Assembly: GCA_951406725.2 (NCBI GenBank)
Contig: OX597814.1
Location: forward strand, 92,628,001 to 92,692,000
DNA from: Octopus vulgaris
Taxonomy: Eukaryota
Length of the DNA stretch: 64,000 bases
Reading direction: 5' to 3'
Below are positions 1 to 12,108 of the stretch, one piece after another; positions within the stretch are counted from its first letter, which is position 1; each line of letters begins with the position of its first letter. Position numbers and translations under genes: made by a program. The notes under the pieces are model-generated. The model searched no databases, was not told where the DNA came from, and worked only from the letters and a program-made list of their open reading frames with translations.

Positions 1-652
1 GTGTGTGTGTGTGTGTGTGTGTGTGTGCATATAAATGTAATATGATGGCAGAATCAATAAATTGTGAGAAAAAAATACTTAGTTTGAGTTACATCATTTT
101 ACATTCTGAAATTCAAATGCCACCGTAAGTCCACTTCAGCTTTCATCCTTAGAGGTCAGAAAATAAATAAGTACCAGTCAATAAAATAAGTGTTGATATA
201 TATATTATATACACAAATGAATCAATTATAAAAATGTATTGATCAAATTGTATTGGGTGAAAAAATGCTTTAACAGGAAAAAGAAAAACACAATAAGTAG
301 AAGTGTTTAAAATATTTAACCTATTATTTACTATGTGGCTCTGATGTCTCTGGAATGTCAAAGTCCTGTTATTTGCAAAGCAAGTTTATTGATAATAATA
401 TGAATAAATCCAACTATCGAATAATTGTATAACAAGTCATAGTGCTCACTCACTCTCTCTCTTGCTCTCCCTCACTGTGTGTATGTGTGTGTGCATGTAT
501 ATATACATATATATAAATATATGTATGTATGCATAAGTTAAGCTTATGACAAATATAATCCAGTGGCTACTTAAACAATTACACCACATGACCTATGTAA
601 AATAACTAACAAAATGAATGAATGATTGCACTAATGACTGCCTCTATCTGTA

Positions 653-705
<53 letters not shown>

Positions 706-1189
706 AGCTGTATGTGTGAATCTATCTGTGTGTCTCTCTCAGGAATGGCAATGTTCAGTCAAGAGTAGCAAGCAACTAATAGAGGGAACTTTAAATAGTA
801 ATGCTACCAAATGCTAAAGATAGTTAGTTACTAGTACTGAAATCAATGAGGTATGTATACATACACTTTCTTTCTTTCCCTCTCAAACACATACACACAT
901 ACACACAGAAAGCAAACAAGAGCACACACACACACACACACACACATAGCCAACAAGACACATGCACAGCCAAAAAGACACACACACACAACCAAAAAGA
1001 CACACACACACACACAGCCAAAAAGACACACACACAGCCAAAAGAACACACATACACACACACACAACACACAACAAAACACATAGCCACTAAGACACAC
1101 ACAGCCAACAAGAAACAAAGTTAACATCAGAGCCAGATCCACTGGTAACCTATTTTTTTATGCCATTCACTAGGCTCTCACTTTAGGGA

Positions 1190-1650
1190 AATGTCTTCAA
1201 CTATGTCTAACATGCAAATCTATCAAATCTTCCTGCCTATGATCTCTACCTATTTCTCATTCTTTGGGTCAGGGTCTTCCTATCCGATTGCATCATAACA
1301 GGAAGTGTTGACAGAACTCTTCCTACTCCACTTTGAATAAACTCTGGGGGTATTTAAAGTTCAATGATAGAAGAAGAAAGTGAGAGAGGCCACGTCCAAC
1401 AATGCCCATTCTATAATGGCTTTTGTTCCTCAGAGATGGCCGATCTCATACTTCAATCACTTAGGCACCCTTCATCCATTCATTTTTTTCACCTCCCATC
1501 ACCCTTAGTGCATTCAACACCCTCAGCTTTTCACTATTATTCCCAGTTATTTCTGTGTAAAACTTTGGTCTTCTGGAATCTCCTCTCTGCTTAAGCCTTT
1601 ACTGCAAGTGTTGACCTGCAACAGTATGTTAAATTAATAACATCAACCCT
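1190..1650 (+). mobile_element. Decayed 3' fragment of a CR1/Jockey-group LINE (RT C-terminus)
   Basis: ORF 1364-1594 reads FYNGFCSSEMADLI...HYYSQLFLCKTLVFWNLL, resembling the 'YYxGxCSxEL...SFFxxTxxLWNxLP' end of such LINE ORF2s. Boundaries approximate. Confidence 0.55.
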
Positions 1651-2083
1651 ACTAGTCTCAGAGAGCCTGAAAAAGTCATAGGCGAGGTTCCATCATTCAG
1701 ACTTAAACACCAAAGTGTCTTTCTGCTGATTTATTTCAGTACTGCATGAAACTATTTCAGCAAAATATGTTTACATTCTCTATTAACAGGTCAATCATCT
1801 TGTGTCTTCATTTTCAAAGATAAGTAGAAAGAAAAAAACCTTTACTTGAAAACAAGTAAGTGGGTAAGTTTTAGTGACAGAAAGGATATTTAACTGTAAA
1901 ATAATGACACAATAATAAGTGTTAATCCAACCCATGCTAGCATGGAAAAGTGAATAAAAAGACAGACATGCATTTATAAACAAGAACACACATTCATGTG
2001 CAACTAGATACATGTCTATAAGCATCTTAACACACATCAATATACAGACACATCTATATGCAGACACACACAATATCTATATA

Positions 2084-2137
<54 letters not shown>

Positions 2138-2607
2138 GTTTATGTTTCTAAGTAAACATCAATAAATATTTTATAAATATGGACCTTCATATGTGTATGT
2201 GTGTCTGTGTGCGTACACACACACACACAGAATAAAATAACATGAATGCCGACATTATATCAGGTTGTAAAGAACCATTGTAATAGCAAAACAAAAAGCC
2301 TTTGAAAACCAGCCAAACCCTACCAAGTTCTTAATTCTCATAATTTAACAGAACAGAGTCAAAATAGTCTGTTACTGGATTATCTTGACATAGAATTTTC
2401 ATGAATTTGTCCTGTTTCCTTACTAAGATTCTATATCTCAAATATATTCGCTGTAGTAATTTAGCATTGGCAGAATAGACTATGATCAAAATTGTTCCTG
2501 TCAACAGCATTTTTATTTCCTTCAGATAGTGAGTATTTAAATATCAAATTACTGGATGTAAGGTTACATATCTCTTACTATTTTTTAAGATGCCTTTGCT
2601 ACTATTT

Positions 2608-2914
2608 GTTGTTGTTTGTTCCTTCTCAAGCCATGCCTAGCTCATAAAGGCCATTTTCCCGGTTTCCTTGGTGTATAGGTTACCCACCTGGATGGGATGC
2701 CAGTCCGTCACAGGTGAGCTGCAAGATGCAGGAGGAAAGAGTGAGAGAAAGTTGTAGCGAAAGAGTCAGCAGAAGTTCACCATTACCTTCTACCGGTGCC
2801 GCATGGAGCTTAGGTGTTTCGCTCATAAACACACACATCGCCCGGTCTGAGATTCGAACCCATGATCCCTCGACCACAAGTCTGCTGCTCTAACCACTAG
2901 GCCATGTGCCTCCA
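2608..2914 (-). mobile_element. Full-length tRNA-derived SINE with 15-bp TSD
   Basis: Minus strand has A box TGGCCTAGTGG, B box GGTTCGAATC and a (CAA)n tail. Direct repeat CCTTTGCTACTATTT at 2593-2607 and 2915-2929. Confidence 0.85.
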
Positions 2915-2944
2915 CCTTTGCTACTATTTCTAACACATAATTAA

Positions 2945-3162
2945 CCTTTTAGCATTCAGATTACTGTGAAATGTACTGCTTATTTATCCACAATGTTTTG
3001 AATTAATCATGCTTTATCTTGTAGCTTTGAGATTTCATTGATTTGATTGTTCATGATTAGAATAATATTGTAGGGCAAGTATGAGAGGTTGGATCTGGCC
3101 AGTTTGATGATAAAACAGGTAGAAAATTTTGGCCAGATATGGCCGGTTTAAATGCTAAAGGG
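2945..3162. mobile_element. piggyBac-type MITE
   Basis: TTAA on both sides. TIRs CCTTTTAGCATT / AATGCTAAAGGG. Confidence 0.75.
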
Positions 3163-3759
3163 TTAAACATTTGTAACATCAACTCTTCCTCTCTCTGGCA
3201 AGTACTGTATTTCATTACATTCTGAGTTCAAATCCTGCTGAAGGATTTGAAACAATAATTTTAATTGTCCTAAGCTGCTGCTATTGTTTAACTGCAGGCT
3301 AATGGGTGGGGGAAGCAAATGGTCAGAAGGACAGTGACAGAGAGACAAACAGACATAGATATATTATCTTTTTATATGTATAAGACCATAGTGTACAAAA
3401 TGTTCTTTACAAATATATGATGTTATGATATGACTTGAGGGAATTTTGCATAGTCTCTTGATCAAAGTAGAAGAGACATCCTACACTGGCTTGAAATAAC
3501 TTGTTCAGCCCTCAGATCAGCCTTGATCAACAAGGTTTATAGTGAAAAGTGTCCTAGTTACAAACATAGCAGGTTGAGTTACTGTGTTCAAGGTCCCGTG
3601 TTGAATACTGAAACCAGTATTCAGATTATTGGCACCATTTTATTGAAAATATTGTGAGGTATAGCTGTGTGGCTAGGCACAGATGTGCAGAGTGGCATGT
3701 GTATGTATGTATGTATATATATATATATATACAACTAATGATGATGATGATGATGATGT

Positions 3760-3994
3760 AGGATAAAAATTTTTTCGAAAAAAAATTTTATCAATGGCCA
3801 GCAGATCAAAAAATACCTTTAAAGGTTAAATTTATAAATAACTTATAAAATAAGGGCAAAAGAAAAATTCTAATGCCAAATATGCCAAAAAAAAAGACAA
3901 AATTGTCAATAACCATTATAATGGTTATTGACAATTTTGTCTTTTTTTCAGCATATTTGGCATTAAATTTTTTTGCCCTTATTTTATAAGTTAT
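3760..3994. repeat. Asymmetric fold-back element (near-perfect hairpin 3838-3994 plus ~80-bp unpaired extension)
   Basis: ATAACTTATAAAATAAGGGCAAAA...GTCAATAACCAT-TATA-ATGGTTATTGAC...TTTTGCCCTTATTTTATAAGTTAT, flanked by (ATG)n and (TA)n. Confidence 0.85.
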
Positions 3995-4047
3995 ATATAT
4001 ATATACATACATACACACACACATACATACACACGCACGCATACACA

Positions 4048-4813
4048 CAAGGTGCATTCCAGAAGTTCTTATTTTAAGAGAAGCAGTTATAACTGTTCTA
4101 GATTATTGTACTTTTTAGTACATCATTATTATATAATAAGCTGACCTGCTCACTTTTATTATTCCAAATTGAAGGGGACAGCTGCAACAACACTTTGAAC
4201 ACACCCAACTAAACTTTACTAGTTTGCAGCTCATTACATTTTGTGTTAAACTGAACAAAAATGCTACAGGAACTTATGAAATGCACCAGACTGGTTATGA
4301 ATTAACTGTTTAACTGCCCAAGAGGTTCAAGGGTAGTAGAGAGAGGTGAGAGACAAGAGGTGTGGAAGGAAGAGGGACATCAGAACATCAGAACTGGTTG
4401 AGCAAATCTGCAGTTTTCTGGATGGAGTTTGTCATGAGTCTATAAGGACAATAAGCATACAGTTTGGAGTTGGTGTCGCAACAGTACACAAAATTATTCA
4501 TGAAGATCTCAACAAGTGCAAAATTTGTGGAAAGTTTGTTCCCTGAGTGTTCAGCAACGAGTATCCTGGCAACAAACTACTTGACAGATAGGCATCAAAA
4601 CTGTCCCTTTTTCTCCCTTATCCTCCCTACACTCCAAACCATGTTCTCTGTGAATCTTGTTTGTTCCCAAAACGAAGGAGAACCTCTGAAGAACTACAAC
4701 AAGTGCACTGAAGTCAGAGGATCCTGCTTTGAAGGTGATTAGAGTTTTGTACTTTTTTGAAATTAATAAAAGTCCCTCCTGAAAATGTCTGAAAATCTCT
4801 GGAATGCACCTTG
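4048..4813 (+). mobile_element. Internally deleted mariner element
   Basis: TIRs CAAGGTGCATTCCAGA / TCTGGAATGCACCTTG followed by TA. ORF 4346-4546 has the mariner HTH (SIRTISIQFGVGVATVHKIIHEDL...KFVP). Confidence 0.8.
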
Positions 4814-4827
4814 TATGTGCGTACATT

Positions 4828-4900
<73 letters not shown>

Positions 4901-4902
4901 CA

Positions 4903-5000
4903 GGTACCACTTTAGCATGCAGTCTAACCCTAACCCCAATCAGGTAATTTAACAGTGTAGACTATGGATTCGGCATTAGACAACATGCTAAAGTAGCACA
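4903..5000. mobile_element. Small MITE with internal CCCTAA tract
   Basis: Imperfect TIR GTACCACTTTAGCATG / CATGCTAAAGTAGCAC. Internal CTAACCCTAACCC. Confidence 0.5.
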
Positions 5001-5037
5001 TGATGATGATGATATATATATATATATATATATATAT

Positions 5038-5600
5038 ATCATCGTCATAGTTTAAAGTCCGCTTCCCATGCTGGCATGGGTTGGATGGTTTGACTGAGGA
5101 CTGGCAAGCTAGAAGGCTGCACCAGGCTCCAATTCGTTAAATACAAGGCTACATTCAAGTTTCATCGTTTTTCTTTTAGATTTTGCCTATCTTCTTAGTT
5201 TTACATAGTTCGTTGGAACAGTAGAGTTCTTAAATCCATACCCAACTTTTCTAGATCTTACCAGTCTCCTTTTCAAGAATTGAACTGAATATATTTGATT
5301 TTTGTGTTGTTTCTTATATACTGATTGAATTCATGAAGATTTTCCTGCTGGAGCCTTTTTGACCATTAGCGTCATGTCTGCTTTGGCTTGGTTTCTATAG
5401 CTGGCTGCTGTTTTAAACAGCAACTATTCTACAGAGAGTACCAGGTGCATATGTCATGGTACACCACTAATGAAGTCCCCATGCAGCATACAAGTCTAAG
5501 ATCCCTTCTGCTGAGTGGTGCTACAGGAGAGAGGAAAGCAGCTTTATGCATGGGGATGAGATGCTAAATATATCAGAGAAGGGGCTGTGACAAAACAAGT
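5038..5600 (-). mobile_element. RTE LINE 3' end interrupted by a ~245-bp insert (5133-5376)
   Basis: Matches the 3' UTR of the RTE at 12107-13385 (CCATGCTGGCATGGGTTGGA...GCACCAGGCTCC) and resumes at ~5377 after unrelated sequence. Confidence 0.65.
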
Positions 5601-6459
5601 TACTTGCTATAGAGGAGCTACATGGTTACTTACATAGAAGAAAGGATGGAAGTAACTGGGGTGGAGCTGGACTAAGTACTGCAATTAATACAATTAACTA
5701 AATTCCTTGAAAGGACTACTCCAATTGTTGGATGGAATTTGGTTAAGATAGAGCTCTTTATTTCTTATTTCCATAATGACATGATCAATAGTTTTAACGT
5801 GGATGTACATTATTGTTAGTATATTTGTGTGAATGTGAGTGTATATGTGTGCATATATGTGTGTGTGTGTCTGTATATATACACATACACATATACATAT
5901 ATTTGTACATGCACATCTGTGTGCATGCGTGGATGTGCATGTATGTGAGGAATGTGTTCAAGAATGCAAGCTATATTTGTATGTACATTTTGTGTGTGAT
6001 TGTGTGTGTCTGTGTGTGTGTGTGTCCCTGTCCATATGTAAAAGTGGTATTTGTATATGCAAGAATAGTGTGTGTATATGTAAGTATAATGTGTGCATAA
6101 CCATGTTGTACATGTATTAATGTATGTATATCCGAGTGTGTGTGTGTATGATTATGTGCGTATATATGAGTAGACATGTATGTGTGTAAGAAAGCAACCT
6201 TATCTCTCCAAATAGTGCAATTATTAAAGCGCTGTATACAAGCATCAGTGGCTACAAGAAATTCTATTCTGATTCTATTTGCTTCTGTCTATGTAACCAA
6301 ACATAATTATCATAATTATTCTAAAGCCAGCTCACAATGTGAAAATATTCACCAACAAAGGCAACATGTTTTGGTATATATATATTAGTAAGTAAACAAA
6401 CTTATGAAAACACACCAAAGCCCATCATAAAAACAAAAAAACAGCTAGCTATATTAATA

Positions 6460-6905
6460 TTGGTTTCAAATTTTAGCACAATGCCAGCAATTTTGGAGGA
6501 GATTGTAAGTCAATTACATCAACCCCAGTGTTCAACTGGTATTCATTTTACCAATCCCAAAAGAATGAAAAGCAAAGTTGACTTCAGTAGAATTTTAATG
6601 AAGAACATAAAGATGGATGAAATGCCACTAAGCATTTTGTTTGGCATGTTAACGCTTCCGTCAGTTCACTGCCTTTTAGCTATATGAATATTGGTTTCAC
6701 ATTTTGGCACAAAACCAGCAATTTTGAAGGAAAGGTAAGTCAAATACATCAACCCCGGTGCTCAACTGGTACTTATTTTATCAGCCCTGGTAGGATGAAA
6801 GGCAAAGTCGACCTCAGCAGAATTTGAACTCAGAACATAAAGATGGACAAAATGCCACTAAGGATTTTGCCTGGTGTGCTAATGATTCTACCAACTCTCT
6901 GCCCT
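6460..6905 (-). mobile_element. Two tandem, old OK-type (Meta-domain) SINEs
   Basis: Two CpG-decayed copies of the family seen intact at 26115 and 53680 (GATGAAAGGCAAAGTCGACCTC...GAATTTGAACTC). Confidence 0.8.
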
Positions 6906-6977
6906 TTAGCTATATAAATATTAACACACGGGTTTATAGAAATAAATGCATGAGCATGTATGTGTTCATATGCACAC

Positions 6978-7020
<43 letters not shown>

Positions 7021-7024
<4 letters not shown>

Positions 7025-7230
7025 AAGTAGAGTATCTACGAGATACCACCATGCTGAAAATATCAGCCATGAACCGACTCTAAAACCGATTCAGTTCGTG
7101 GCTGCTATTTTCAGCTATCTCGTAGATACCCTAATTTATAACCTTTGAATGTTTTTTCCATGCTGAACACTTGATAAGTTCGTTATTTTATTTTAGATTA
7201 ACGATCTTATCCTTATTTATATAAATTTTT
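7021..7230. repeat. Asymmetric fold-back element in (TA)n (hairpin 7021-7140 plus ~90-bp extension)
   Basis: TATAAAGTAGAGTATCTACGAGATA..GCTGAAAATATCAGCCATGAAC pairs with GTTCGTGGCTGCTATTTTCAGCTATCTCGTAGATACCCTAATTTATA. Confidence 0.8.
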
Positions 7231-7244
7231 ATATATATATACAT

Positions 7245-7603
7245 CACCTGTGTGATGCCATATAAAAGCACCTATGTGGTGCCACGTAGAAGCATCCAGG
7301 ACACTCTGTAAAGTGGTTGGTGTTAGGAAGAGCATCTATAACTATAGAAACTATACTAAATCAGACTGGAGTCTGATGCAGCTCCCCATCTTACCAGCTC
7401 TAGTCACACCATCTAATCCATGCCATGTTAAATGATGATGTTGATATATATATATTGGCGTTAGGAAGGGCATCCAGCCATAGAAACACTGCCAGATCTG
7501 ACTGGGCCTGATGCAGCCTTCTGGCTTCACAGACCCCAGTTGAACCGTCCAACCCATGCTAGCATGGAAAACAGATGCTAAATGATGATGATGATGATGA
7601 TGA
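7245..7603 (+). mobile_element. Two 5'-truncated RTE LINE 3' ends with (GAT)n tails
   Basis: GTTAGGAAGGGCATCCAGC...CAACCCATGCTAGCATGGAAAAC...(GAT)n, the same UTR as the RTE at 12107. Confidence 0.8.
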
Positions 7604-7620
7604 TATATATATATATATAT

Positions 7621-7900
7621 GGGCAAATCGAAAATTTAAAATAAAACAACAAAAGTCAAAAGGACATACACATGGAATGTATTTATTTGATGCTCAGCAA
7701 AAGGTGGAAAAAAGAGTAGGTGTATAACATCTCAAGCACAGTTCTTCATCAGAAAGAGGAGAGGAAAGGTACTGAGAGAAGGGAAAAAGTCCAAGAAAAT
7801 GTGGTTACATGGCCGAAGTGACCAGAACTAAAAACATGTGTCAGGTCATGGAGAAATGGATGAGGGTTGGCAAAAGAAGGGTGTATGATTAGAGAAAAAC
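7621..7900 (-). mobile_element. Decayed PLE pseudo-LTR fragment with degenerate hammerhead motif
   Basis: Minus strand CTTT-CTGATGA-A-GAAC-TGT-GCTT-GAGA-TG-TT at ~7725-7756. Layout resembles the terminus of the PLE at 42214. Confidence 0.5.
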
Positions 7901-8119
7901 TCACCTCAATGAATTTTGTTCAACCCATGTGAGCATGGAAAAGTGGACATTAAAACAAGGATGGTTTCTCCAAGCTTGAGATATTACATATGTGAAAGTA
8001 TGTGGCTTAATGGTTAAGGTGTTTAGCTTATGATTATAAGGTTGAAGGTTCAATTCCTGGACCAAGTACCATGTTGTGTTCATTTAATGTTGTTCCAGTT
8101 TTTTTAAACTGTTATCATT

Positions 8120-8480
8120 TATCTTTTACTTGTTTTAGTCATTTCCACTGTGACCATACTGGGGCACCATCTTGAAGGGTTTAGTCAGATGAATCAACCC
8201 CAACCCAGTATTTATTCTCTTGATGAACTGCTATGTTACAGGAATGTAAACAAACCAATACTAGTTGTCAAGCAGTGGTAGGAGACAAGCACAACACACC
8301 AAACACACACAAATGCACACAAAACTGGCTTCTTTCAGTTTCCATACCAATTCCACTCACAAGGTTTTGGTTAGCCCATGGCAGTAGTAAAAGACAGATT
8401 CCAAAGGTGCCACACAGTGGAACTGAACACAAGACCATCTGTTTCAGAAGCAAGCTTCTTAACCATACAGCCATGGTGCA
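8120..8480 (-). mobile_element. OR-type tRNA-derived SINE
   Basis: Reverse complement of the family seen full length at 60921-61306. Confidence 0.75.
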
Positions 8481-9083
8481 GGTGCTGATGCAATCCTCTT
8501 CCTCCTTCTGTCACATCTTGAATGTTCTGCCAGATCAAGATTTCAGGAGCCAAGAAGAGTGTGTCTGCTCACATCTATATAGAAGGCACCTAAACAATTA
8601 GTAAAACATATGGTACATGGAACCCTGTCAAACTTTCTCTTGACTGATAGGTGGATACACGGTAATAACATCCTGAACACATATATATGGTGCATTAATA
8701 CTGAACCAACTTCATGGTTTGAGCTGAATTATTAAGCACTCATTCATATCCTCATAGTACGGAAGGATATGTAACCGAAATAGAATGGAAGTTATTGACT
8801 TGCAAACTAATGCATTGGAATATTAATAAATATTTGTTCTGTAAGCTATTTCTAAGAATGATACATTTGCCTGGAAAAGCATTCATTCTTATTGATGCAT
8901 ATGCATGCACACATACACACACGTGCATGCATACCTAAATAGAAACATACATGTACATACCCAGATACATAGGTAAACACATACATTCTCTCTCTCACAC
9001 ACACGCACTACATCTGCAAACAAATACATACTAGCATACATAACAAGAACAGAAATAAATCATTTAAACTGCAATGAAATGTA

Positions 9084-9128
<45 letters not shown>

Positions 9129-9129
9129 T

Positions 9130-9777
9130 ACACACACACATATATATGCATGCATGCATACATACATACATATATACATGCATACATACACACACACACA
9201 CATATATATGCATGCATACACACACACACACACACATATATATGCATACATACACACATACATATATGCATGCATACATACACACACACATATATGCATG
9301 CATACATACACACACACATATATGCATGCATACATACACACACATATATATGCATGCATACATACACACACACACACATATATATATGCATGCATACATA
9401 CACACACACACACATATATATGCATGCATACATACACACACACACACACATATATATATATGCATGCATACATACACACACACACACATATATATATGCA
9501 TGCATACATACACACACACACACATATATATATGCATGCATACATACACACACACACACACATATATATATATATGCATGCATGCATACACACACACACA
9601 TATATGCATGCATACATACACACACACACACATATATGCATGCATACATACACACACACACATATATATGCATGCATACATACACACACACATATATATG
9701 CATGCATACATACACACACACACACATATATATGCATGCATACATACACACACACACATATATATGCATGCATACAT

Positions 9778-9790
<13 letters not shown>
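9130..9790. repeat. Higher-order compound microsatellite [(CA)n(TA)n TGCATGCATACATA]n
   Basis: Roughly 20 variable units of 25-35 bp. Source of the long spurious ORFs at 9060-10487. Confidence 0.9.
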
Positions 9791-9807
<17 letters not shown>

Positions 9808-9808
<1 letters not shown>

Positions 9809-9935
9809 CCACCCCTCCCACCCCCACCACCAATACCACCCCCACCACCAATACCACCCCCACCACCAATACCACCCCCACCACCAATACCACCCCCACC
9901 ACCAATACCACCCCCACCACAAATACCACCCCCCA
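9808..9935. repeat. 18-bp C-rich minisatellite (ACCACCCCCACCACCAAT)n
   Basis: About 6 units visible. G-rich on the minus strand. Confidence 0.85.
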
Positions 9936-10477
9936 CCCACCTTCCCACCCCCACCACCAATACCGTTGAACACTGTTCTCACCATCTACACCGGATACTC
10001 CCTCCTCCTCCTCCCCCACCACCCCTTCTCCTCATATGCTTTCACTGAGAAAAGACAAGCTGCTAGCGTCTCAGCTCATCAACCGCCCTCTGATCTTACG
10101 CTTCCTCCTGTTTTGAATCTGACACTGCCTCAATCCTACTATCTCCTTCCAGTCCCCTCCATGCCTCGTAATATCCTACGTTTTTATTTCTTACGAACCT
10201 GCACCAACCCTTCCTGCCATCGTTCCTCCTTACCCCCCAACCTCCCCCACACCTACCCATATATATATATACACATCCTACGTTTATATTTCTTACGAAC
10301 CTTCACCAACCCTTCCTGCCATCGTTCCTCCTTACCCCAACCTTCCCCACTGGTGCTCCCCTATATTACCCGCACCCCTTTACTATCTCTCCCTCTCTTT
10401 TCACTGGTGAAACCTTTCTCAGCTGGACCCCCCCCCCAACTCAACTCTACCCCGCATCCCGTTGCCCCCGTGTCCCT

Positions 10478-10730
10478 GGCACGTTAAAAGCTCGAACCGA
10501 TCGTGACCGATGCCGGACCCCCGGCCCCTGTGCAGGTGGCACGTAAAAAGCACCCAATCCACTCACGGAGTGGTTGGCGTTAGGAAGGGCATCCAGCCGT
10601 AGAAACTCTGCCAGAATCAGACTGGAGCCTGGAGCGGCCCCTGGCTTCCCAGACCCCGGTCGAACCATCCAACCCGTGCTAGCGCGGAAAACGGACGTTA
10701 AACGATGATGATGATAATGTTGATGATGAT
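10478..10730 (+). mobile_element. Young RTE LINE 3' end
   Basis: RTE UTR with (GAT)n tail. CpGs are retained despite CpG-poor surroundings. Confidence 0.8.
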
Positions 10731-10739
10731 ATATACATA

Positions 10740-11378
10740 TTCAAAGAGAGTTAGAGGTTGTGAATCCAACCCACTAAGGGATAATATCTGTCCAATATAC
10801 TGCTGGTAGAATAGCCAATTAATACACAAGTGTTGGTTATTGCATGGCAATTACACTACTGAGTATAACAACTAGGCGAGGGTAATAAGTGGTTTTACCC
10901 TTAATTTATATAGCAAGAAGAAAATGGAGTGAATCCAGAGGTAAAATTCACCAGCTGTTAGACGTTGTATTATGTCTATTTATTTAAAACAGTTCTGATT
11001 ATATACAAGTGTAAAGTATTAGTAATTTCTAGAATAGAGAAAGAAGAGCAGTTTCTTACAGCTGTTTCTGCCAAGAGGTCACAGTACCTCACGTTATTTC
11101 TATCTTTTCAGTGTACTGTAGTGATCTGTAGATAAAATTAGGCTTCATGGGTGTGCCTCTAGGCTTCATCAGAGAGTTTTATAAGACAGTCTAAGAAGTT
11201 CAGAGGGCTAACTTATGTATGTAAGAAACTGCTCTTCTTTCTCTTTCTCTATTCAAGAAATTACTAATACTTTACACATGTATATAATCAGAACTGTTTT
11301 AAATAAATAGACATAATACAATATCTAACAGCTGGTGAATTTTACCTCTGGATTCACTCTATTTTCTTCTTGCCATAT
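10740..11378 (-). mobile_element. Asymmetric fold-back element (probable inverted PLE pseudo-LTR pair) with hammerhead core
   Basis: Arms ~10907-11060 and ~11220-11378 are reverse complements. Unpaired extension 10740-10906. Ends in TA-rich repeats. Confidence 0.75.
11054..11175 (-). ncRNA. Putative type I hammerhead ribozyme with 97-nt stem II
   Basis: Minus strand: TCT-CTGATGA-[aGCCtAGAGGCACA...TGTGaCCTCTtGGCa]-GAAA-CAGCTG-TA-AGA. Intact core, palindromic stem III, stem I only 3 bp. Confidence 0.6.
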
Positions 11379-11424
11379 ATATATATGCATATGTATTTAT
11401 ACTTCAAATATATTTATATATGTG

Positions 11425-11455
<31 letters not shown>

Positions 11456-11596
11456 ATGTAAATACAAAATAAGAAAATGGAGGAATAGATTTCTTACAAT
11501 CATCAACTACCTTATAATACCAATTCATATAATTTATATTGAATAAATGATATCCCATAGTGGGTTACACTCATAACCCATATCTCCTTTTGTACT

Positions 11597-11673
<77 letters not shown>

Positions 11674-11677
<4 letters not shown>

Positions 11678-12056
11678 TTCAGTTCATTATCACTGAACAT
11701 TTGGGTATGAAACATGTGTCTGCCAAGTTCGTACCAAAAATGCTCTCAACTGACCAAAAGGGCACTCAAGTTTCAGTTACACAAAATTTCTTTGTGCCAA
11801 GAGGAAAACTTTGCATACACCTCTGAGCAAGCATCACCAAGCTTTTGGCAAAATTTGATGCAGATTCTCAGCTCAACTTTCTCTGTCATGGTCAATGCAA
11901 TAAACACATGGTATTTCCAAGTACTGATGTAAACAACAGACATGAGTTAGAATGTTAAAACTTAGTGCGCATGCACAGCAGAGTTCAAGGTCAATCTGTA
12001 CTGCGTGCATTAGCTTTGTCACTATGGCAACAGTCTGCATACTTATTGATCAGACC

Positions 12057-12061
<5 letters not shown>
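11674..12061 (+). mobile_element. Mariner fragment
   Basis: TVQFIITEHLGMKHVSAKFVPKMLSTDQK (WVPHEL-equivalent motif). TIR-like end ACTTATTGATCAGACCATG-TA. Confidence 0.7.

Positions 12062-12106
<45 letters not shown>

Positions 12107-12108
<2 letters not shown>

Noticed and set aside
332-365. Possible 34-nt minus-strand exon (DFDIPETSEPH)
   Set aside because: Weak donor and poor polypyrimidine tract. Expected by chance.
9060-10487. Long ORFs of 270-445 aa, and the many similar CV/YI/HT-rich ORFs across the window
   Set aside because: Translations of stop-free CA/TA/TACA/GATA microsatellites, open in several frames on both strands.
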